Of a DNA stretch of 32,000 bases, positions 15,953-22,676 are shown piece after piece. The stretch's first letter is position 1. Every line of letters begins with the position of its first letter. Below the pieces are notes generated by a model, which made no database searches, was not told where the DNA came from, and was given only the letters and a program-made list of their open reading frames with translations. The position numbers and the translations under genes are program-made. Origin of the DNA: Nitrosopumilus sp. (GTDB taxonomy: Archaea > Thermoproteota > Nitrososphaeria > Nitrososphaerales > Nitrosopumilaceae); NCBI RefSeq assembly GCF_025699255.1, contig NZ_JAILWA010000002.1, forward strand, positions 164,948-196,947. The letters run 5' to 3'.

Positions 15953-16759
15953 TTGTTGTCTGACGAGAAAAAAGAATCTGAAGTTGAAACAAAACCAACT
16001 AATGATTCAACATCTGATAATACATCTCAAGACAAAATTGAAAATAAAGTTCCAGAAGAAGCTGTTGCCAAAGCAGAAGAAGCAACAAAAGCAGCTGAAG
16101 AAGCAGAAAAAGCAGTTAAGGATGCTAAAGCAGCTGAAGATGCAAAAGCAGCCGAAGAAGCAAAAGCTGCAGAAGAGGCAATTTTGAAAGCTGAAGCAGC
16201 AGCTAAAGCAGCTGAAGAAGCAGAACTTGCAGTTAAAGAAGCACTTGCAAAAGCAGAAGCTGCTAAAGCTGAAGCAGAAGCAGCTGCTGAAGAAGAATAC
16301 AAAGCAATTGCTGCTGAAGTTAAAGCAGATGCTGCAGCAAAATCTGATTTTACATTTAAGAGACAAGGTGAAGAAATCTTTAGAAGAGATATGGGTGAAC
16401 CTGAATTTTGGTTAGAGAAGAAAGATCGTTTTCCACGACCAATTCTTTCTGCTGATGAACAAGAATCTCTTACTAGACAAGCAGAAATTCCTAAAGATCA
16501 AACTCCTGAATACAAACCGGAAAATGTTTTGAGCCCTGAATTTGAAGGTGTTTCAAATTATGAACGAGGAGTTGATTCTTTCTTAGAAGAAACTAAACTA
16601 AAACTTGAACAATTAAAAAATAATCCAGAGGCTACAGAAAAAGAAATTAAAGATACAGAAGATAAAATCATCTACTTGGAATCTTTACATGAGAATTACT
16701 TTATTGGAATGAATGTTTTTAGAACTGCTAAAGGTGGACGGAATAAGATTAAGGCATAG
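15953..16759 (+). CDS. Uncharacterised protein: acidic N-terminus, about 95-aa Ala/Glu/Lys-rich helical repeat region, and an approximately 130-aa C-terminal domain of unknown function
   Basis: This is the only long frame with a non-repetitive, protein-like C-terminal half. The TTG start is forced (in-frame TGA at 15947-15949, no ATG for more than 400 nt). A TATA-like box sits upstream. The stop lies 2 nt before the next gene. Confidence 0.65.
   Translation: MLSDEKKESEVETKPTNDSTSDNTSQDKIENKVPEEAVAKAEEATKAAEEAEKAVKDAKAAEDAKAAEEAKAAEEAILKAEAAAKAAEEAELAVKEALAKAEAAKAEAEAAAEEEYKAIAAEVKADAAAKSDFTFKRQGEEIFRRDMGEPEFWLEKKDRFPRPILSADEQESLTRQAEIPKDQTPEYKPENVLSPEFEGVSNYERGVDSFLEETKLKLEQLKNNPEATEKEIKDTEDKIIYLESLHENYFIGMNVFRTAKGGRNKIKA
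16124..16177 (+). repeat. Three tandem 18-nt coding repeats (AKAAE[D/E])x3 within a larger GCA/GAA/AAA-rich tract (about 16055-16341)
   Basis: The units are gctaaagcagctgaagat / gcaaaagcagccgaagaa / gcaaaagctgcagaagag. The surrounding tract lacks stop codons in several frames on both strands. Confidence 0.85.
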
Positions 16760-16761
16760 GT

Positions 16762-17847
16762 GTGTATGATTTGAGTCACGTATCTTTTGATGTAATGAAT
16801 GCGAGAGTAACTTTCAAAAATGTTCCTATTCATACTATTTCAAAATTTGCTTTCAAAGATATTGCTGCAGCATGTGCAGAATTTAAAAAAATACCTGGTG
16901 TTGAGGAATGTGTTATTATTCAAACTGCAACTAGAGTTGAAATATTTACAGTAAGTAATGTTGAAACTGATGATTCTCCTGATGCAAGAAGAGTTGAAGG
17001 TAAAACACTTGTTTTAAACCAAATTAAAGATACTTGGGTTTCTTTATCTTCTTTGGAACAAATAGATATTGATCACTTTGATCAAACACTTGAAGTTTAC
17101 AAAGGTGATGATGTATATTTGCATCTTTTAAGATTGGCATCTGGATTGGATTCGTTAGTCATTGGATGGCAAAGTGTCTTTGATGATATCACTAAAGCAA
17201 TTACGGATGCAAAGAATGCAGGCGTATCTGGAAATATCCTCAACAAATTGTTTGATAGTGTAATACGTCTAGCTGCAAGAATGAGAGATACTACTGGAAT
17301 TGCAAAAGATGTAATCTCATTAGGTGACATAGCAGTGAAACTTGTTGAAGAAAAAGCTGGTCTTGATTCAAAGAAAAAAGTTCTTGTAATTGGTACTGGT
17401 GAACCTGCAGCTATGCTTGCAAAAACACTGGCAAAAAAAGATGTTGCATTTGATGTTACCAGTAGAAGTTTGGATAGGGCTACTGGTTTCTCAACAATTC
17501 TTGGTGGAACTCCTGTTGATTTTAATGATGTACTAGCAGGTTTTGATAAATATGACATTATCTTTGTTGCAACAACTTCTGATTATTTCTTAATTACATA
17601 TGAGAGAATTAGATTGGTGATGGAAGAAAAGAAAAAAGGTACACTGATTTTAGATTTATCAGAACCTAGAACTGTAGATGAAGGAATAACTGCACTCCCT
17701 GGAATCAAATTATTGTTCAGAGATCAAATTGCAGAAATTTATGAAGAAAGTGTAAAAACTAGAGTGGGTATTGTTCCTGCTGTAGAGAAAATTATTGACA
17801 AAGAATTACCTGTTTTGTCTGCTAGAATGAAAAGACTAGATGCTTAA
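16762..17847 (+). CDS. Glutamyl-tRNA reductase (HemA) homologue, atypical: Ala at the catalytic Cys position, short C-terminus
   Basis: CVIIQTATRVEIF aligns with the family's STCNRxEIY. HLLRLASGLDSLVIGWQSVF aligns with ASGLDSxVLGEPQIL. VLVIGTGEPAAMLAKTL is the NADPH Rossmann motif, and LILDLSEPRTVD aligns with DIAVPRDV. The start is GTG at 16762 or ATG at 16795. Confidence 0.75.
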   Translation: MYDLSHVSFDVMNARVTFKNVPIHTISKFAFKDIAAACAEFKKIPGVEECVIIQTATRVEIFTVSNVETDDSPDARRVEGKTLVLNQIKDTWVSLSSLEQIDIDHFDQTLEVYKGDDVYLHLLRLASGLDSLVIGWQSVFDDITKAITDAKNAGVSGNILNKLFDSVIRLAARMRDTTGIAKDVISLGDIAVKLVEEKAGLDSKKKVLVIGTGEPAAMLAKTLAKKDVAFDVTSRSLDRATGFSTILGGTPVDFNDVLAGFDKYDIIFVATTSDYFLITYERIRLVMEEKKKGTLILDLSEPRTVDEGITALPGIKLLFRDQIAEIYEESVKTRVGIVPAVEKIIDKELPVLSARMKRLDA

Positions 17848-17848
17848 T

Positions 17849-18016
17849 CTATAATCCTTGCTTTCTTAAGAGAAATTGCATTATGGCTTCTTTAGAATAA
17901 TCTATTCCGTGTTCTTCATCAGTGTGTTTTTGAAATTCATCAATTACTGACTCCATTTCTCCCTCTGCAACGAAATCACATTCAAATCCATAATCGTTAC
18001 ACTTGAGTTTTGCCAT
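17849..18016 (-). CDS. DUF1059-family small protein
   Basis: MAKLKCNDYGFECDFVAEG...HTDEEHG matches the DUF1059 pattern, and the length (55 aa) fits. A TATA-like TTTTTATATTGA lies about 22-33 nt upstream of the ATG at 18016. The listed longer ORF adds a hydrophobic, promoter-derived extension. Confidence 0.7.
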   Translation of the reverse strand: MAKLKCNDYGFECDFVAEGEMESVIDEFQKHTDEEHGIDYSKEAIMQFLLRKQGL

Positions 18017-18127
18017 ACTTTGATGAAAAATAATCAATATAAAAATCCACAGGTAAGTAATGAATAGAGACAACTAGTTTTAAAATTGAGTAAAAAATGA
18101 AATTTTATCTAATGTTTTTAGAATTTT

Positions 18128-18970
18128 TTATCCATATGACTCATACTTGATACCAAAACTTCCATCAGGTTTTTTCTCATGTTCCGTAACGAACCCTTTT
18201 GGTCCCAAGTAATCGATGACTCCATCAATAGTTCCTTGATAGCCACAAATGTAGATAATGGTGTTTTCTGGAGTTAATTCTTCTCCAACCATTTCTTCTA
18301 CTGGTGATAGCCCTGATTTTTTGTCTGGTTTGAAAAATGATTCTACTCTTCCTACATGACCATTCCATGATCTATTGAAATATTCTTTTGGTCTACTGAT
18401 TGCAGCCCTGTAACGGAAATTCCATTTGTCTCTTCCTCTTTTTTCACTCTCTAATTCTAAATCTGTTAACAAACGTTTGTAGCTTAACTCATCAACATAA
18501 CTTGCACCATGAAGAACAACTATTTCCCGTTTATCGTTTGTATCATGGAAATGTTTTGCAAATGCAATAAATGGTGCCAATCCTGTTCCACCACCAACAC
18601 AAATTACTCTACGATTATCTTTTTTACCATTAGGTAATTTGTCACTAATTTGCAGTGCAGCTCCTGTTGGTTCCCCAAGAGAAACTTCATCTCCTACACT
18701 TAGATAAAATAATTCAGTAGTTACACGACCTGGAAGTGGTTTTCTTACCCATCTAATAACAAATTCAAAATAATCTCTATTTTCTGCATGTGATGCAATT
18801 GAGTATGCTCTTCTTACAACTTTTTTTTCTGCAGGAATTGGAAGTCCTATCGTCAAAAACTGCCCTGTTTTGTATTCTGGCATTCCATTTTCTGGAACTA
18901 ATCTAATAATTACAAGATCTTCTTTGAGCAATTCGCTATAGACGACCTTTGCTTTCATCTCAGATACCAT
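18128..18970 (-). CDS. Ferredoxin-NADP+ reductase family flavoprotein (FNR paralogue 2)
   Basis: RAYSIAS, CVGGGTGLAP and C-terminal KYESYG. It is collinear with 5614-6459 with roughly two-thirds identical residues by eye. Confidence 0.85.
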   Translation of the reverse strand: MVSEMKAKVVYSELLKEDLVIIRLVPENGMPEYKTGQFLTIGLPIPAEKKVVRRAYSIASHAENRDYFEFVIRWVRKPLPGRVTTELFYLSVGDEVSLGEPTGAALQISDKLPNGKKDNRRVICVGGGTGLAPFIAFAKHFHDTNDKREIVVLHGASYVDELSYKRLLTDLELESEKRGRDKWNFRYRAAISRPKEYFNRSWNGHVGRVESFFKPDKKSGLSPVEEMVGEELTPENTIIYICGYQGTIDGVIDYLGPKGFVTEHEKKPDGSFGIKYESYG

Positions 18971-18993
18971 ACAAGAAGTTTTTTCCTGACTTT

Positions 18994-19006
18994 GGTTAAA
19001 TATATT
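18994..19006 (-). promoter_or_regulatory. Putative TATA/BRE promoter element of FNR paralogue 2
   Basis: The same 13-mer GGTTAAATATATT as at 6483-6495, again 24-36 nt upstream of the ATG (18970). Confidence 0.55.
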
Positions 19007-19102
19007 TCTCTTATCTACCGACTTGCAAGATCTGATGAAAACTCAAGAATGTTAAATAAATCATCAAACTATTAGCAATTTTCCAATTTTTTATTCAAAA
19101 AA

Positions 19103-19903
19103 TTACTTTTTAATTTGAGACATTATTTCATCAAGAATTTCTTGATTAGCTGCTGCAACAAATGAAACTCTTGTTTCATAACTAAGATCTGCATCAAGAG
19201 GATTCAAATTAGAATCTAAAAGCATGCCTCCTGCCTCTTTCACAATTACATATCCTGCTGCAATATCTTGAATTCTAATTTTATTTCTCAAATCTATGAA
19301 AATATCCATTAAACCTCTTGCAAACATTGCCATCTCTAATGCATTTGCGCCAAAATGTCTAGTATGATCATGTTTTTCAAAAACTGGATAGAGTTTATTC
19401 ATCAATTCAATTGACGCACCTGATGTGTTAATTCCAACTATTTTGTAAACTGGATTTTTTGTGTGAACTTTGATTTGTTTATTATTAAAAAATGCTCCAT
19501 GATTTTTTGATGCCCAATACGTTTCACCATTTGAAAGATTTGTAATTACACCATCTGATATTGAACTAAGTTTGTTTTTGGTTGCAAATGCTAATGAACT
19601 ACAGAAAAAAGGAACACCTCTTACTGCATTTGCAGAACCATCAATTGCATCCATTATGATAAATCCTTTAGGGTTGTCAGATAATTCAACTCGTCCACAT
19701 TCTTCGCCTAATACAACACACTCAAAATTAATTTCTTTAAGATAATCTAACACAGTTTTTTCTGCAATAATGTCAATGTTTCTTGAAATATCTCCTCCTG
19801 CTCCTATCCCAAAATCTCCTGCGGCATCATCTGTACCTGCAAGTTCTTTTACGTTTTCATAAATTCTGTTTGAAGCTTCACGCAGAATTTCTATTACTTC
19901 CAT
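19103..19903 (-). CDS. suhB: Inositol monophosphatase family phosphatase (archaeal IMPase/FBPase-type)
   Basis: VLGEECG (metal-binding EE), IMDAIDGSANA (DPIDG-like), and a C-terminal QDIAAGYVIVKEAGG (WDxAAG-like). Confidence 0.8.
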   Translation of the reverse strand: MEVIEILREASNRIYENVKELAGTDDAAGDFGIGAGGDISRNIDIIAEKTVLDYLKEINFECVVLGEECGRVELSDNPKGFIIMDAIDGSANAVRGVPFFCSSLAFATKNKLSSISDGVITNLSNGETYWASKNHGAFFNNKQIKVHTKNPVYKIVGINTSGASIELMNKLYPVFEKHDHTRHFGANALEMAMFARGLMDIFIDLRNKIRIQDIAAGYVIVKEAGGMLLDSNLNPLDADLSYETRVSFVAAANQEILDEIMSQIKK

Positions 19904-19985
19904 GCTGTCAAATCACTCATTCGTAATTTAAGTGAAGAAATTATTGTTTTGAAAGCATAAATAACAATAAAGAAGCTAAACGTTT

Positions 19986-21101
19986 GTGAGTGGCAAGGAT
20001 CAATCTGTAATTAGTAAGGAAGCTTTGATGAGTACAAAACCTGGAAAACAGATTATGAAACAAGCTTTGTTTAAATCAAAAGGTTACAAATTATTTAACA
20101 AATACAAAGAAGAAACTGAAAATCAATTCCCAAACTTTGCAGAAAGATTTGCAAAGGGATTATTACATGAAATTGAATCTGATACAAATCCAAATTCCAC
20201 ACAACAATCTTTTGGAAATGAAGTAGGTTCTACTGAAATTATACTAAATGCATCTGAAATTGAGCCTATAAAATCAAAATTAGCTAGTCTTGAAGTAATA
20301 CAAGATAGAGTAAATCGAATACTGAATTCAAATTTTGTAAAAATGACATTTCCAGTTTTTAATGGATTGTTTGATGCCGCAGCAGAATATTCTGGTAGAG
20401 ATGATCCTCAATTAAAACAAGATATGGTTGAAGGACACATTCTTGCAATTGATCTTAGTGAACCTATGGATAGAATTGTTGACAAGGATGAAGATTTAGA
20501 ATTTCTAGATGATTATAAATTGATGAATCCATATATTTTGAAATTGGCAAGGGATAAAATTTCAAAAGGTGGGGAACAAGTTCTAAAAGAATTTGAAGCT
20601 GGATTTGAAGATGCGAGAGTTGGACAATATCTTGATGAAAAATTAAAATCAAAACCAACAGAAATTACCGAAGAAGAAATGACATTGTCTTACAAAAAAT
20701 ATCGTGCTGTAATGGGAACTGCTGGTAGAAACATGGCTTTAGCAGAAAGACCTCTGGGAGAAATTTTCTATCTTGGAATGGCTCGTGCAGCTGAAGGCGT
20801 TGGATGTGGTAATGAAATTGAAGATTCAATTAAAAATGGTTTTGTAAAAATACCCTCTTGGCCACTTTATTATTCACTATTAGCAAATGACGTCAAAAAA
20901 GGATTTGAAGTTACTTTAGAAAAAAGTAATTTATATTTAAAAGATGCAAGACTTACACTTGATTTACTTCCTGATAATTTTTCACACAAAGAATTCCTAG
21001 AATTTTTATTTTTGACTGTAGAGCATTACAATCAATTTTGGTACAATAAATTACACAAAGCCAATAAATGGTTAGAGTATCAATCTAAACTTCCCAAGTG
21101 A
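19986..21101 (+). CDS. Uncharacterised soluble protein (371 aa), no family recognised
   Basis: Long ORF with normal composition, co-oriented with rfcL and ending 8 nt before its start. The start is GTG at 19986 (TAA 9 nt upstream in frame) or ATG at 20028. I can identify no motif. Confidence 0.6.
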   Translation: MSGKDQSVISKEALMSTKPGKQIMKQALFKSKGYKLFNKYKEETENQFPNFAERFAKGLLHEIESDTNPNSTQQSFGNEVGSTEIILNASEIEPIKSKLASLEVIQDRVNRILNSNFVKMTFPVFNGLFDAAAEYSGRDDPQLKQDMVEGHILAIDLSEPMDRIVDKDEDLEFLDDYKLMNPYILKLARDKISKGGEQVLKEFEAGFEDARVGQYLDEKLKSKPTEITEEEMTLSYKKYRAVMGTAGRNMALAERPLGEIFYLGMARAAEGVGCGNEIEDSIKNGFVKIPSWPLYYSLLANDVKKGFEVTLEKSNLYLKDARLTLDLLPDNFSHKEFLEFLFLTVEHYNQFWYNKLHKANKWLEYQSKLPK

Positions 21102-21109
21102 TTACATTG

Positions 21110-22267
21110 ATGTGGTCTGAAAAATACCGACCTCAGAATATTTCTGACATGGTGGGAAACGAAGAAGCACGAGCAGCAATTAGTGAATGGTTTGTTAAAT
21201 GGAAAAAAGGCACAAAACCATTACTTTTAGTAGGTCCTCCTGGAATTGGAAAAACTACGATAGCATATCTGGTAGCCAAACAATTTGGATATGATATGAT
21301 TGGACTTAATGCAAGTGATGTAAGAAGCAAATCACGAATAAATGAAATTCTTATGCCTGTATTGTCAAATGTGAGTGTCATGGGAACTCCTATGATTTTT
21401 GTAGATGAAGTTGATGGAATTCATGGTCGTGGTGATTATGGTGGTGCATCAGCACTTGTTGATATTCTCAAAGAGCCTACAGTTCCAATTGTCCTTGCTG
21501 CAAATAGTGATGATTCTGATAAAATGAAAAGTATCAAAAAAGTTGTAAAAACAATTCAATTCAAAAAAATTCCACCAAGATTATTACGAGTCTATCTTGA
21601 AAATATTTTGCAAAAACAAAGTGCAAAACTAAGTCCTGGAGCATTAATAAAAGTAATTGACAAATCAAAAGGAGATATTCGCTCTATGATCAACTTTACG
21701 CAATCGTTGGTAACAGGATTTAATCCTCAGACTGAAAACACTTTTGAAACTATCAATGTTGAAGATGGAGTAAATGCATTCTTTAAAGCAAATTCCATTG
21801 AAGAAGCTAGAAGTGTTTTGTATTCGATGCAAATCGATCCTAGAGAAAAAATCAATGCATTTTATTCTAGTATCATAACAAGTGAATTAGATAATGATAC
21901 TCTTGCAAAATATTTAGAAATTATGTCCGAAGCTGATATGCTTTTTGGCAAAATAATGAAAACGCAAAATTGGAGATTACTTCGTTATCTAAATGACATT
22001 TTAATTAAATTATATCAAAATGATGATAGAATCAGATACGCACAATACAATTTATCATGGCCATTACTTAATAGAATTCGTTGGGATGGCGCAAAAATCA
22101 AAGCTCTGTCATCGATAATGTCAAGAAAATTACATTTGTCTTCAAGTTCTTTTGTTTCATTATGTTTACCGTTTGCATTATTTTGTATCAAAAATAAAAC
22201 ACTTGAATTAGAATTGGAAGAAACTTTTGGAGATATTATTGAAAAGGAGATTGAACTAATAAAATGA
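21110..22267 (+). CDS. rfcL: Replication factor C large subunit (AAA+ clamp loader)
   Basis: MWSEKYRPQNISDMVGNEEA, Walker A GPPGIGKTT, Walker B FVDEVDG. ATG at 21110 is preferred over the listed GTG at 21098. Confidence 0.85.
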   Translation: MWSEKYRPQNISDMVGNEEARAAISEWFVKWKKGTKPLLLVGPPGIGKTTIAYLVAKQFGYDMIGLNASDVRSKSRINEILMPVLSNVSVMGTPMIFVDEVDGIHGRGDYGGASALVDILKEPTVPIVLAANSDDSDKMKSIKKVVKTIQFKKIPPRLLRVYLENILQKQSAKLSPGALIKVIDKSKGDIRSMINFTQSLVTGFNPQTENTFETINVEDGVNAFFKANSIEEARSVLYSMQIDPREKINAFYSSIITSELDNDTLAKYLEIMSEADMLFGKIMKTQNWRLLRYLNDILIKLYQNDDRIRYAQYNLSWPLLNRIRWDGAKIKALSSIMSRKLHLSSSSFVSLCLPFALFCIKNKTLELELEETFGDIIEKEIELIK

Positions 22268-22575
22268 GTTGGAGAAAAATTCCAATGAAATTTCCTGGAA
22301 CCTGTATTGTTTGCAATGAAAAAATATCTATAAATGAAATTGGTCTTTGGGCAAAAGGGTTGGGCGTAAAGCATGAGAAATGTGCCCAAACAAACGAATT
22401 ACAATGCATTGTATGTGGAAGTCCTGCAGGTTGTTCTCAATGTGAATTCCAAGAAAATTGTGATATACCAAATGTATCTCAACTGTGTATCTGTAAGAAA
22501 TGTAGCGAAGAAAAGGATACTTTTAGTACTTATCAAAAATCTGTAAACAAGAAATTTCCAATTCTTAACACTTGA
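22264..22575 (+). CDS. Cys-rich small protein (11 Cys + 1 His in residues 14-80), putative multi-zinc or Fe-S binding protein
   Basis: The ATG overlaps the rfcL stop (ATGA). The pattern is C14-x2-C17...H37-x2-C40, then C48-x2-C51-x5-C57-x2-C60-x5-C66-x8-C75-x-C77-x2-C80. Confidence 0.6.
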   Translation: MSWRKIPMKFPGTCIVCNEKISINEIGLWAKGLGVKHEKCAQTNELQCIVCGSPAGCSQCEFQENCDIPNVSQLCICKKCSEEKDTFSTYQKSVNKKFPILNT

Positions 22576-22640
22576 AATTCTAAAAAAAACAACGATCATT
22601 GATATTTTGTAAAAATTTCATAATTTGTTCTTCTCAAACT

Positions 22641-22651
22641 AAATTAATATA
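22641..22651 (+). promoter_or_regulatory. Putative TATA box of the carboxylase operon
   Basis: AAATTAATATA lies 26-36 nt upstream of the GTG start at 22677. Confidence 0.4.
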
Positions 22652-22676
22652 GGAAACCGTCTTGCTTTAGAATACC

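Noticed and set aside
15884-15963. Candidate C/D-box sRNA: AUGAUGA-like boxes at about 15884-15900 and a CUGA at about 15960.
   Set aside because: There are no convincing internal D'/C' boxes and no terminal complementary stem. The CUGA lies inside the coding start of the next gene. UGAUGA strings are expected by chance in AT-rich DNA.
15984-16415. Four additional ORFs across the A/E/K repeat tract: 15984-16187 (+), 16227-16415 (+), 16007-16366 (-), 16027-16302 (-).
   Set aside because: They exist only because the GCA/GAA/AAG-rich repeat lacks stop codons in several frames. Their translations are pure low complexity (poly-K/Q, poly-C/F, poly-A/S). None extends into non-repetitive sequence, unlike the frame called at 15953-16759.
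17097-17558. 153-aa minus-strand ORF inside the HemA-like gene. Similar antisense ORFs lie at 29855-30232, 22015-22389, 10437-10661 and 1724-2044.
   Set aside because: All lie wholly antisense to genes with strong family signatures. They show the Ser/Pro/Ala/Ile-rich composition of shadow ORFs.
19033-19066. Inverted repeat TGATGA...TCATCA with a 22-nt spacer downstream of the IMPase gene (possible terminator hairpin).
   Set aside because: It has only 6 bp of A/T-rich pairing with a large loop, which is marginal stability. Oligo-T tracts nearby are a simpler explanation for termination.
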